This document shows, piece by piece, positions 27,501 through 40,944 of a stretch of DNA of 64,000 nucleotides (positions within the stretch are counted from its first letter, which is position 1; the number at the start of each line of letters is the position of its first letter). Source of the DNA: Pecten maximus (Eukaryota); NCBI RefSeq assembly GCF_902652985.1, contig NC_047027.1:32116001-32180000 (forward strand), given 5' to 3'. The notes beneath the pieces are model-generated. The model was not told the DNA's origin. It was given only the letters and a program-made list of their open reading frames with translations, and searched no databases. Position numbers and translations under genes: made by a program.

Positions 27501-29748
27501 AAGGACATACCAAAATTTAGGGTAAGGACAGACTAGATTCAGAGTAAGGACAGACTAAATTCAGAGTAAGGACAGACTAAATTCAGGGTAAGGACAGAAT
27601 AGATTCAGAGTAAGGACAGAAGAAATTCACAGTAAGGACAGACTAAATTCAGGGTAAGGATGGACTTCATTCAGGGTAGGGACTGACTAAATTCAGGGTA
27701 AGGACAGACTAAATTCAGGGTAAGGACAGACTAAATTCAGTGTTTGGACAGACTAGATTCAGAGTAAGGACAGACTAAATTCAGGGTAAGGACAGACTAG
27801 ATTCAGGGTAAGGACAGACTAGATTCAGAGTAAGGACAGACTAAAATTCAGGGTAAGAACGGCTAAATTCAGAATAAGGACAGACTAAATTCAGGGTATA
27901 AGGACAGACTAAATTCAGGGTATAAGGACAGACGAAATTCACAGTAAGGACAGACTAAATTCAGGGTAAGGATGGACTTCATTCAGGGTAAGGACAGACT
28001 AAATTCAGGGTAAGGACGGTCTAAATTCAGAGTAATTAGGACAGTCTCAATTCAGAGTAAGGACAGACTAAATTCATGGTAATGACTGACTAAATTTGCG
28101 GTAAGGACAGACTAAATTCAGGGTAAGGACAGACTCATTTCAGAGTAAGAACAGACTAAATTCAGAGTAAGAACAGACTAAAATTCAGGGTAAGGACAGA
28201 CTAAATTCAGGGTAAGGATGGACTTCATTCAGGGTAAGGACAGACTAAATTCAGGGTAAGGACGGTCTAAATTCAGAGTAATTAGGACAGTCTCAATTCA
28301 GAGTAAGGACAGACTAAATTCATGGTAATGACTGACTAAATTTACGGTGAGGACAGACTGAATTCAGGGTAAAGATAGACTAAATTTATGGTAAGGACAG
28401 ACTAAATTCAGTGTTTGGACAGACTAAATTCAGAGTAAGGACAGACTACATTCAGGGTAGGGGCTGACTAAATTCAGGATAAGGACTGACTAAATTCAGG
28501 GTATAAGGACAGACTAAATGCAGGGTAAGGACAGACTCAATTCAGAGTAAGGACAGACTAAATTCAGGGTAAGGACTGACTCAATTCAGAGTAACGACAG
28601 ACTAAATTCAGAGTAAGGACATACCAAAATTTAGGGTAAGGACAGACTAGATTCAGAGTAAGGACAGACTAAATTCAGAGTAAGGACAGACTAAATTCAG
28701 GGTAAGGACAGAATAGATTCAGAGTAAGGACAGAAGAAATTCACAGTAAGGACAGACTAAATTCAGGGTAAGGATGGACTTCATTCAGGGTAGGGACTGA
28801 CTAAATTCAGGGTAAGGACTGACTCAATTCAGAGTAACGACAGACTAAATTCAGAGTAAGGACATACCAAAATTTAGGGTAAGGACAGACTAGATTCAGA
28901 GTAAGGACAGACTAAATTCAGAGTAAGGACAGACTAACTTCAGGGTAAGGACAGAATAGATTCAGAGTAAGGACAGAAGAAATTCACAGTAAGGACAGAC
29001 TAAATTCAGGGTAAGGACAGACTAAATTCAGTGTTTGGACAGACTAGATTCAGAGTAAGGACAGACTAAATTCAGGGTAAGGACAGACTAGATTCAGGGT
29101 AAGGACAGACTAGATTCAGAGTAAGGACAGACTAAAATTCAGGGTAAGAACGGCTAAATTCAGAATAAGGACAGACTAAATTCAGGGTATAAGGACAGAC
29201 TAAATTCAGGGTATAAGGACAGACGAAATTCACAGTAAGGACAGACTAAATTCAGGGTAAGGATGGACTTCATTCAGGGTAAGGACAGACTAAATTCAGG
29301 GTAAGGACGGTCTAAATTCAGAGTAATTAGGACAGTCTCAATTCAGAGTAAGGACAGACTAAATTCATGGTAATGACTGACTAAATTTGCGGTAAGGACA
29401 GACTAAATTCAGGGTAAAGATAGACTAAATTTATGGTAAGGACAGACTAAATTCAGTGTTTGGACAGACTAAATTCAGAGTAAGGACAGACTAAATTCAG
29501 GGTAGGGACTGACTAAATTCAGGATAAGGACTGACTAAATTCAGAGTAAGGACTGACTAAATTCAGGGTAAGGACAGACTAAATTCAGAGTAAGGACAGA
29601 CTAAATTCAGGGTAGGGACTGACTAAATTCAGGATAAGGACTAACTAAATTCAGAGTAAGGACTGACTAAATTCAGGGTAAGGACAGACTAAATTCAGGG
29701 TAAGAACAGACTAAATTCAGGGTAAGGACAGACTACATTCAGGGTAAT
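24522..29748. repeat. 22-bp minisatellite (ggacagactaaattcagggtaa), ~235 copies with higher-order structure
   Basis: Directly visible. Confidence 0.98.
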
Positions 29749-30409
29749 TGTATAGGCAGGGGGGGGGGGGGGGGAGTCACATCAAATCACTTATCTGATA
29801 CAACATAGTATTAATAAAAAAATATGTTGAATAATTTATGGTAATTTTGTTTTTTGGAAGGGAGTGTCATTTTATTATGAGGTGGTGGTGGGGGGTGGGG
29901 GGGGGGGTGGGGGGGGGGTGTCATTTCACTATAATGCTATTTTGACCCCGGGGTCATTTCACCATGCTTCAAAATGCCATGCTGCAATGTGTGTATGTGA
30001 GATACAGGTGTATTGGGCCTTTTGCTTTTTTACACCTCCTGTTTGGTTATGCTGTCTGACTGATCCAATCAAACTTTGCCGTAGTGATCTGCCACATTCC
30101 TTCATAACAGTAGATATTTTAGAATTCTGACAGACAGAATAAAAACATGGTACTAAATCCTGCCAAAAAAACCTACACAAGTCCAGAATGTTTCTCCGTC
30201 ATCTCGCATCTAATTACTGGGGTATCGTTACACAGCACACAGTCAATTACTTTAGCATTTCTGTCCTCCTTCTCACTGCCAAGTTATCTCCCCTTTATGA
30301 TCCTGTAATTGGAACCTGTTTCCTTGATGAGCAAACAGTCACGTTTTTCAACATCTCTTGTGATTTATATAGATACAATTTACACAAACCATGAATCATT
30401 ACCGCTGAT

Positions 30410-30670
30410 GTAAGGATGAGGGAGGTAAACGTAAGGTCCAACGATTGGTAGAGTATAAACAGGGGGGGGGGGGGGGAGGTAATTGTAACATCCTTCCATA
30501 GGTGGAGTATAAGCAGGGGGAGGTAATTTTAACATCCTTCCATAGGAAGAGTTTAAACTGGGGAGGCAATTGTAACATCCCTCCATAGTTAGAGTATAAA
30601 AAAGGGGGAGGTAATTGTAAGGTCCAACTGTAGGTAGAGTATAAACCGTGAGGGGGTTAAGTGTAAGGTA
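30410..30670. repeat. Degenerate G-rich repeat (gggggaggtaattgtaacatccttccatagg...agagtataa)
   Basis: About 5 diverged copies. Confidence 0.7.
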
Positions 30671-31344
30671 GGACTTCAGGTAGATATAAATGGGATAAGT
30701 CATTGTATGGTCTGAGAAGATGTAGAGTATAAATGAAATGAGCTGATCTTTTTATCAAATAACAATATTTTATTAATTAAGGGACCAGAGTCATGACAGA
30801 GGTTCTGTATGAGATAGAGACTCTCTACTATGTTAACAGTAGAAAAAGGCAGATGTTTGTCATCAGTGGATATCAGAAGGTTTGAGTCGTGTCAGGAATG
30901 GGAGGAGTGTTTTAGTTATTGTTAAATGCTACAGATCAGTCTGTAGATTTTGTTAAGATTGATCTGTAAATTACGTGAATATCTGTTACCAATGACTTTG
31001 TATGTAGTTTCCTTCCTTGGTCGAGTGGTTACAGAGAGAGGTACATCCCTATCACATTACTATATACAGTACTGGCATTGCTCCCTGTTTTACTGAGGTG
31101 AGGCTTCTGCTAAATGAGTCAATGAATTTTTCATCAGTTTCTGTTTTATTGGAAACACAGATTTGTTGGGAATTAGTGTCTTAATCACTGGTTGGTGTAG
31201 CAGCAACAATCTGACTAAAACAGGATACTATATAGTAACAATAAACCTCCAAGTCTGCGTTATGTTTTTATTCCAAACTCAGTATGGATCAATATATTAC
31301 CTCTATTCTTACACCTGTCCTAAGTCTGGTTTTTACCTGGATTC

Positions 31345-31569
31345 CCTACGGTGGCCCGGTGGTTAAGATGTACCAACACTTTATCACTAGCCCTCCACCT
31401 CTGGGTTGCGAGTTCGAAACCTACGTAGGGCAGTTGCCAGGTACTGACCGTAGACCGGTGGTTTTTCTCCGGGTACCCCAGCTTTCCTCCACCTCCAAAA
31501 CCTGGCACGTCCTTAAATGACCCTGGCTGTTAATAGGACGTTAAACAAAAACAAACCAAACAAACCAAA
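31345..31569 (+). mobile_element. tRNA-derived SINE (family A) with (AAAC)n tail
   Basis: A box tggcccggtgg, B box gagttcgaaac, core ggtttttctccgggtaccccagctttcctccacc, 3' ctggctgttaataggacgttaaac + aaac repeats. Homologous to 12601-12811. Confidence 0.88.
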
Positions 31570-31846
31570 TACTCATTTTTAGAATATCTATACATTTGCA
31601 TTTAGATAAATAAAATGGTTTAACTCTCTCGTTGCAACACTAATTTCCATAAAGGCATATGGGGGGGGGGGGGGGGGGGGGGGGGGGAACCCAAATACAA
31701 TTCTATGTATGATTTGTAAAACACAGGTAAATCTCAGGTAAAAAAAAGACAGCTTATATGAAGCAGTATATAATTACCCTCCCATTGTTTCCTGAAACAA
31801 CACCTACCTATTGTTAAAAAAAATGTTGGCGTTCAGAGAACACCCC

Positions 31847-32170
31847 GTTTTACCTGGATTCCCTACTCATTGTTTTACCTGGATTCCCTACTCCTTGTTT
31901 TTACCTGGATTCCCTACTCTTTGTTTTACCTGGATTCCCTACTCATTGTTTTACCTGGATTCCCTACTCCTTGTTTTACCTGGATTCCCTACTCCTTGTT
32001 TTTACCTGGATTCCCTACTCTTTGTTTTACCTGGATTCCCTACTCTTTGTTTTACCTGGATTCCCTACTCATTGTTTTTACCTAGATTCCCTACTTATTG
32101 GTTTTACCTGGATTCCATGGTCTTTGTTTTTACCTAGATTACCTTGTCCATGTTTTACCTGGATTCTATG
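31847..32170. repeat. 25/26-bp minisatellite (gttttacctggattccctactcatt)
   Basis: Directly visible. Confidence 0.92.
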
Positions 32171-32308
32171 CTCCTGGTATCTAGGTGCTTTACTTTACAT
32201 AGGCCACCTCTGGCAGTCAAAGCTGATCATGGAGAACCAAAACATTCAGAACTCCTGGGGGTTCAGCTATTGGGTGTTGTACATATTGAAGTACATGTAT
32301 TCCCAACT

Positions 32309-32575
32309 GATTATCACATGTCATTTATAAACTACATTGACCTTGACCTTGACCTTCCCAGCTAATTATCACATGTCATTAACAAACTACATTGACATTG
32401 ACCTTGACCTTCCCAGCTAATTATCACATGTCATTAACAAACTACATTAACATTGACCTTGACCTTCCCAGCTAATTATCACATGTCATTAACAAACTAC
32501 ATTAACATTGACCTTGACCTTCCCAGCTAATTATCACATGTCATTAACAAACTACATTTACATTGACCTTGACTG
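32309..32575. repeat. 55-bp tandem repeat with tgaccttgacct core, ~5 copies
   Basis: Directly visible. Confidence 0.9.
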
Positions 32576-32870
32576 ATTATTTTGGTCGTATGTATGTATA
32601 TTGGAGATATCTGGTCATCTCTGATCGAAGGGGTCATTACAATGCCTGTGTACGTGGGATTGCTTTTTGATGTGAAAGGTCAAAGGTAAGATTTGTATAA
32701 TAACATAAATGAGTAAAATGGTTAGCTGTTGATGTCACCACTGAAAATTATAAAACGAGGAACAAATTGGTGATTGACCTTGACCTTTTTTAACCCTGTT
32801 CATGTATGAGTTTGATTTCATAGTGACCAAAGATATACTCTGAGAACATCTACTTGCATATATTCTATGT

Positions 32871-33313
32871 AACCCTATATAACCTTGACCTTTAGTACAA
32901 GGTGAAGGTCCTGGTAGTATATGATTCTCCATTAACCCTATATAACCTTGACCTTTAGTACAAGGTGAAGGTCCTGGTAGTATATGATTCTCCATTAACC
33001 CTATATAACCTTGACCTTTAGTACAAGGTGAATGTCCTGGTAGTAAATGATTCTCCATTAACCCTATACAACCTTGACCTTTAGTACAAGGTGAAGGTCC
33101 TGGTAGTATATGATTCTCCATTAACCCTATATAACCTTGACCTTTAGTACAAGGTGAATGTCCTGGTAGTAAATGATTCTCCATTAACCCTATACAACAT
33201 TGACCTTTAGTACAAGGTGAAGGTCATGGTAGTATATGATTCTCCATTAACCCTATATAACCTTGACCTTTAGTACAAGGTGAAGGTCCTTCTAGTATAT
33301 GATTCTCCATTAA
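32871..33313. repeat. 63-bp tandem repeat, ~7 copies
   Basis: Unit aaccctatataaccttgacctttagtacaaggtgaaggtcctggtagtatatgattctccatt. Confidence 0.93.
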
Positions 33314-33552
33314 GTCTACATGTATCAGGGGACTCTTGTAGAGTTGGGTGATTGCTGACTGATTAAAGAAATCTTCCCTATTAAGAAAGCATTGGTGTAA
33401 TGAGTAGGGTGTGTTTTAGCCAGCTGGAGGTACACACATATGTGTTACATCTGTTGGAGTTACGGAGGCTGGCTCCTACAGCTGGAACTGTGTCTCTGTT
33501 ACTACTGGTGCTTACACCTCACTACACCTGAGTTCACATCAGGAGGCACCAG

Positions 33553-34535
33553 GCTAGTCCAATAACCTCGGAGACTGGTGTCATAGTCCAATAACCTCGG
33601 AGACCGGTGTCACAGTCCAATAACCTTGGAGACTGGTGTCACAGTCCAATAACCTCGGAGACTGGTGTTACAGTCCAATAACCTTGGAGACTGGTGTCAC
33701 AGTCCAATAACCTCGGAGACCGGTGTCACAGTCTAATAACCTTGGAGACTGGTGTCACAGTCCAATAACCTCGGAGACTGGTGTCACAGTCCAATAACCT
33801 CGGAGACTGGTGTCACTGGGCTAGTCCAATAACCTCGGAGACTGGTGTTACAGTCCAATAACCCCGGAGACTGGTGTTACAGTCCAATAACCTCGGAGAC
33901 TGGTGTCACTGGGCTAGTCCAATAACCTCGGAGACTGGTGTCACAGTCCAATAACCTCGGAGACTGGTGTCACAGTCCAATAACCTCGGAGACTGGTGTT
34001 ACAGTCCAATAAGCTCAGAGACTGGTGTCACAGTCCAATAACCTCGGAGACTGGTGTCACTGGGCTCAGTCCAATAACCTCGGAGACTGGTGTCACTGGA
34101 CTCAGTCCAATAACCACGGAGACTGGTGTCACTGGGCTAGTCCAATAACCTTGGAGAGGGGTGTCACTGGACTAGTCCAATAATCTCGGAGACTGGTGTC
34201 ACTGGACTATACTCACGGAGACTGGTGTCACTGGACTATACTCACGGAGACTGGTGTCACTGGACTTTACTCAAAGAGACTGGTGTCACTGGACAAGTCC
34301 AATAATCCCGGAGACAACTGTCACTGGACTATTCCAATAATTCTAGAAACTTTTGCCATTATATACTCCAGGAGACTGATGGCACTGGAGTGATACTCCC
34401 AGGACTGGTGTCACTGGAGTGATACTCCCAGGACTGGTGTCACTGGAGTGATACTCCCAGGACTGATGTCACTGGAGTGATACTCCCAGGACTGGTGTCA
34501 CTGGAGTGATACTCCCAGGATTGGTGTCACTGGTC
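33553..34535. repeat. 29-bp minisatellite grading from agtccaataacctcggagactggtgtcac to ctggagtgatactcccaggactggtgtca
   Basis: Directly visible; shared gactggtgtcac core. Confidence 0.92.
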
Positions 34536-36639
34536 TCTATTCTCCAAGACTCATTCCGTGCCAAAACTACAATCTCAGCTAACCTGAGGATAATATAGCC
34601 ATCTTTCGAATTACGGATTATTGAAGTCTGCTTTAAGATAACTTCTTCTATGAAATTTTGACGATAGTGGGAATGTGAAGTACCGTTTGTGGAATGAATT
34701 AATTGGTAAAAGCAGTTTAATTCCTCCTTACTAGTGTATCTTAGGACTGTTACAGGCCCTTTTGGCCTCTTTTAAGGAAAAAAAACTGGCCTTAAGAAGA
34801 ACCATTACTAACCTCAACATGTTCTGTGTGACATCAGATCAGTATCAATAAAAACCTTGTAATGGCTTAGAGTTATGTTTGTGTCAAGAACAAATGGGAC
34901 CGGGGTTACGACCAAGGCTTTACTGCTTTTAGTACAATTTGTCACAGGATGATAACCAGGACATTTTCAAGCTGACTAATGGAGGACAAAATGGAAGACA
35001 AAGTCCTGTGGAGATTTTAACAGATTCCTGTCAGAAAATCATCAATTATTCCACCATTGTGTCTACAAGGCTCTCAGAGTGGTCAGACTGTTTTTGTAGT
35101 GAAAACATATGAACCCTGAGCCAGAAACATTTAATAGAATATCAAAACATGCAAATAACTATTTTTTCTAACAAGACTTTCTAGCTCTACACAGAATAAA
35201 GACTGTCTGACAGAACGTAAGAAAAGCGGACATAACTGTCTGACAGAACGTAAGAAGAGCGGACATATATAATTATCATTAGTAGACATCAGACCTACAG
35301 AGACACCAGCACTTTGTGATTGACTGTGAGGTTTGTAGAGGTACAACGCCTTTGGTGTATTCCTCAACATCCCTAGCAACATGCTTTAACATTGTGGGTA
35401 CACGGCCCTCCCACCAGCAGCTTGGATCATCATCTCTCTATCGTCATTGCTGTAACAAATTAAAACATATCTGTGAGTGTGGAACTGTGGGGATCTTGGT
35501 GTGGAACATTTCGGGGGAAATTCCACCAAATACATTTTTCGGAACACACTTCAGATGAAAATAAGGATATCAAAATTTACGTGAGAGGATTTCTTTACCG
35601 ATGTTAGTGTGGTCCTTCTGATGTGTTTCCCATCAAAGAAAGGTATATTATCATCTACAAACATAATCTTCATTTTTTTAACATTTATGAATATTGCCAT
35701 GTTCAAATAGTAGTGATGATACCAGATATGGATTGGGAGCCATCTTGGTCCTGACAGACATCACCGATAACTTGAGATGTAGTAGAAGATACCAGCAATC
35801 TTTGTGTGTTTTCAGAAACTGAGAAGTACCCCATGTGGAGAATTGACTCACTGGTCAGTTTTTAAAGATTTCATTCTAAAATTAACCCTGGGAGACAGAT
35901 AGCAGTGACCTTGTAGTACTGCTTTTTACAAAAATCAAACAATTTCGTGAATTAAAATTCCACTCCAAGATGAAAAAGGAGCAAAAAATATGTGTTTATC
36001 AGTATGAAGTATAATTCTACAGGTGGTGGATAGAAATAACTAATATTCTACCGGAAACGCCACCAGCCAGGGAATAGATGGAGAGATTTAGTGGAAGGAT
36101 ACAGCGGACAGATGGGTTAATGGACAGATGGGTGAACAGAGAGGATAATTAGGCCTTTCTGGAGCAGACCTGAGGAAGGATATCCACAGATTTGTTTATT
36201 TTGGAGACTTTTTCCAACACCAGACCTGTACAGTTCCTCTCCACTGTTTACTCTGTAGGGTCTGTTGGAACATGTTATTTCAGAATTGAGGGAAACCTGG
36301 GCTGGACATAGAGATAACATTCTAATGGTCAGTTTCCTGGTCATTATAGATTCTCTGTACTAAGGTAGTAGATCTCAAAGCTCTACTGTCAGTCTGAACT
36401 ACTGACCAAAATTGTGAAAAGTAACTGGTTACAAAGTTTGACCATTACTTGAGTGGCTGACAGTTACAAAGTTTGACCATTATTAGATTTAGTGTAACAT
36501 TTTTTTTTCTGTCATGGTCTCCTGAGAAGACCATGTCTTAGTCCTCATTTATTGGTTAAATATTATTTCCAAGTATTGTGTGGTACCATTTAATCTGATT
36601 ACTACACCATGACCTATGGTTACTATGGAAACAGTTTTA

Positions 36640-36850
36640 TGTGGATAACCATAGTAACAAGTTGAGTGGATTACAACGGATACAATTTTGTGTGGATTAA
36701 TTACCATAGTAACAAGTTGAGTGGATTACAATGGATACAATTTTGTGTGGATTAATTACCATAGTAACAAGTTGAGTTGATTATAACGGATACAATTTTG
36801 TGTGGATTAATTGCCATAGTAACAAGTTGAGTGGATTACAGTGGATACCA
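36640..36850. repeat. 55-bp tandem repeat (accatagtaacaagttgagtggattac...), ~4 copies
   Basis: Directly visible. Confidence 0.88.
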
Positions 36851-37477
36851 AGCGATAATGGATAACCAGAAGTTCCAGGTGACAGCTCAGGCGGAAATGT
36901 CACCCAGCCCCGTCCTGCCGGTCAGAAGTAGGTATCAGCTGTAATTGATGTACCCTGTCATGGTCAGTCCCCTCCTATTCACTTCCTGTCATACTTTTCT
37001 TAATCTCTCACCTCCCTATAGTTTCCTAAGTAACTTGATAGTTGCCTCCCATTCCACTTCCTGTCAAACCTGCTACTTAGACAACTCTATCCTGCCATCC
37101 CCGTAATATCAGTAGTATAACCTTCTCCCCCCTACAGTTTAATAACTTAGTCATTTCCGATTCCACTTCCTGTCATACCCCCATGGCAACATTATCCTGC
37201 CATCCCCGGTTTATCAGTAGTATAACCTTCTCTACCCCACAGTTTCTTGACTTAGTGACCTCCCATTCCACTTCCTTTTTCTGATCATTGTAAAGAGCTA
37301 GCTGACATCCTGCCAGCATGTTGTTGAAACTTGACACAAAGCTGTTCCAGCATTGACAGAATACACTTGGAAAGTAATTATAAGGTCATTAAACATGTAC
37401 ACAGTGGGGAAATATAACTTAACACCATACATAAAGTCTCCCTATATCACAAGATGGGGGTGCTGGTCTACCATGTT

Positions 37478-37800
37478 AACCTCTGTGTTACTAAAATCTT
37501 GTACAAGTTGGTGACAGGACCACGTGACCTCTGTGTTACTAAGATCTCGTACAAGTTGGTGGTGGGACCATGTGACCTCTGTATTACTAAGATCTTGTAC
37601 AAGTTGGTGATGAGACCATGTGACCTCTGTATTACTAAGATCTTGTACAAGTTGGTGACAGGACCACGTGACCTCTGTATTACTAAGATCTTGTACAAGT
37701 TGGTGATGATACCATGTGACCTCTGTATTACTAAGATCTTGTACAAGTTGGTGGCAGGACCATCATGTTGCCTGTGTTACTAAGATCTTGTACAAGTGGG
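37478..37800. repeat. 48-bp tandem repeat with cttgtacaag palindrome, ~7 copies
   Basis: Directly visible. Confidence 0.92.
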
Positions 37801-38039
37801 TGATGGGACCACCACTCCAGATCTAACACAATTTGGTGGAGTTAGGTTTATACATTGTACCACTGTACTGGGCAGCCTGGGAGTAGTTAATTACCGAGGG
37901 ATTATAAGGCCAGTGTCCCTTTGATAGTAAACAAGCAGCAGATGTTGGGGATGAACTGCTTACAAACTGAGGGTGTCAAGGTACACGGTAGTCTGTTAGA
38001 GCTGAATTACTGAACCACTGTTATTGTACTATGGAAACA

Positions 38040-39313
38040 AAACAGGAAATGGTGTAGTCCTTCAGGGGAGATCAACAGGAAATGGTGTAGTCCTTCATGG
38101 GAGATAAACAGGAAATGGTGTAGTCCTTCAGGGGAGATAAACAGGAAATGGTGTAGTCCTTCAGGGGAGATAAACAGGAAATGGTGTAGTCCTTCAGGGG
38201 AGATAATACGGGAATGGTGTAGTCCTTCAGGGGAGATAAACAGGAAATGGTGTAGTCCTTCAGGGGAGATAAACAGGAAATGGTGTAGTCCTTCAGGGGA
38301 GATAACACAGGAAATGGTGTAGTCCTTCAGGGGAGATAAACAGGAAATGGTGTAGTCCTTCAGGGGAGATAAACAGGAAATGGTGTAGTCCTTCAGGGGA
38401 GATAAACAGGAAATGGTGTAGTCCTTCAGGGGAGATAACACAGGAAATGGTGTAGTCCTTCAGGGGAGATAACACAGGAAATGGTGTAGTCCTTCAGGGG
38501 AGATAACACAGGAAATGGTGTAGTCCTTCAGGGGAGATAAAACAGGAAATGGTGTAGTCCTTCAGGGGAGATAAAACAGGAAATGGTGTAGTCCTTCAGG
38601 GGAGATAAAACAGGAAATGATGTAGTCCTTCAGGGGAGATAAACAGGAAATGGTGTAGTCCTTCAGGGGAGATAAAGAGGAAATGGTGTAGTCCTTCAGG
38701 GGAGATAAAACAGGAAATGGTGTAGTCCTTCAGGGGAGATAAACAGGAAATGATGTAGTCCTTCAGGGGAGATAAACAGGAAATGATGTAGTCCTTCAGG
38801 GGAGATAACACAGGAATGGTGTAGTCCTTCAGGGGAGATAAACAGGAAATGGTGTAGTCCTTCAGGGGAGATAATACGGGAATGGTGTAGTCCTTCAGGG
38901 GAGATAAAACAGGAAATGGTGTAGTCCTTCAAGGGAGATAACACAGGAAATTATGTAGTCCTTCAGGGGAGATAAACAGGAAATGATGTAGTCCTTCAGG
39001 GGAGATAAACAGGAAATGATGTAGTCCTTCAGGGGAGATAACACAGGAAATGGTGTAGTCCTTCAGGGGAGATAAAACAGGAAATTATGTAGTCCTTCAG
39101 GGGAGATAACACAGGAAATGGTGTAGTCCTTCAGGGGTGATAAACAGGAAATGGTGTAGTCCTTCAGGGGAGATAACACAGGAAATGGTGTAGTCCTTCA
39201 AGGGAGATAACACAGGAAATGGTGTAGTCCTTCAGGGGTGATAAACAGGAAATGGTGTAGTCCTTCAGGGGAGATAACACAGGAAATGGTGTGGTCCTTC
39301 AGGGGAGATAAAA
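38040..39313. repeat. 33/34-bp minisatellite (acaggaaatggtgtagtccttcaggggagataa)
   Basis: Directly visible. Confidence 0.96.
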
Positions 39314-40289
39314 CAAAAATAAATAAATAAAAAAACAAATTTATAACTACAGAGGAGACAATTAACAGAAAATGTGATAAAAGAGAGAAAACAAGGGAGA
39401 CAACTCCAGATGTTTCTAATTTGAAATACTGACACTTTTCCTATAAATGAAATTTGACAAGGAATTCAAATCAGAGAATAGGCACTCCAAAGGGAGACAA
39501 CTGACAGGGGAGACAACTCAGAGAAAAAACATCTAACTCACAGAAATATACATCAAGGAAGACACCTCAAAGATATAATTCAACATGATGTTAATTTCGA
39601 GAAAAATAATCTACAATGGATTATAACAATACAGAGAAATACAATGCAATAGCTTTGTTCCTTTTGTGTGTCATGGTTCTGTAATCTTCAATAGACAGAA
39701 CATTTACCCTTACACAGTGTTGTCACAAGGCAAATTTATGGTATGTGTTTGAGAAGACATTAAAAATTCCTATGTTTTGGGTTAGTGCAGCACTTGTCTC
39801 TGTGGTAAATAGATAGTTGGGTTTTAATTGCATTCGTGGTTGCCTAGCAACCTAAGGATGACATAACTACAAGCACATTGATGAGCCTTGAGGAAAGTGT
39901 TTTACTTTTCAGAACACATGTGTTATAAGTGTAGCTTCCACGACTGACTCATGAATTAGCTCTAGTGATGATACATCCTTTAAACGATGTCTTCTTCATA
40001 TTTTCTAAACGAGAGGAAATGGAATATTTTAATTCCTCCCCTACTTAGCAGACTTAGGTTTGAATTTGTTACATCAGTGTAAATTTTTATGACGCAAATG
40101 GAGTAAGTAGTTTATTTCTGATTGTTAGATACAACAGTGCATATAGCAGTCTCTGTATCATATATGATCATAATATTTTTAATTAAAAGATTTAGTATTT
40201 TACATACAATCCATTACAATGATTTTGGTGTCTGGTTTCATCTGATATATTGTGCAGGCTGTATTGTAAAGTATTGGTGAGCTGGTATC

Positions 40290-40365
40290 TTAATGTAATG
40301 TAATGTAATGTAATGTAATATAATGTAATGTAATGTATTATAATATAGCATAACGTAATGTAATG
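40290..40365. repeat. (TAATG)n microsatellite
   Basis: Directly visible. Confidence 0.9.
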
Positions 40366-40944
40366 TTTTGATCGTTTAAACCTATATACAAACAATATAA
40401 AGTTGAATTTATTTTGCTACATTATGTAGGGGAAAAAAACATTGAAAAACTTACTGATTTAGGCTTGATAAAGTTGTTTGTGTAATACACATGTGAAACA
40501 CACATAAAGAAAATTGTACAGACATCCAGTGTTATATGTTAAACATTAACATTGAGGAGGGGAGATAAATCATATCAGCCTTAGGGGTCATTGGGGTCAC
40601 AGGTCATGAAGGTCATATTTTTACATTGAACTGATATGAACTCTACACTTTATTTACAGTTGCTAACATGAAGTGAGGGATACAGTCAGTACTAGAGCTG
40701 TTTCAGAGTATCTGATTCAATCTAACAGATTCCTGAATGGCTCCTGTAACTTTCGGTAGTAACATGGAAAAGATTTTTGATATTTTTGCGTTTTTTTATT
40801 TTGTTTTCTATTTTTCTGGAATACTTTTACATTAACCAGATTTAATTTGCCTGTAGGGGGGATTTCAGAAATCAACTTTGTAACATGAGTCTGCAGTCTG
40901 ATGAATAGCTTCTCATGATCAGTAAACCCCTATAAATCTTACTT

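Noticed and set aside
16601-29748. CRISPR-like arrays
   Set aside because: No unique spacers, no cas genes, eukaryotic intron context.
40019-40048. MEYFNSSPT peptide resembling exon 1 (MDFYNSP)
   Set aside because: Followed at once by a stop with no compatible donor; likely coincidence.
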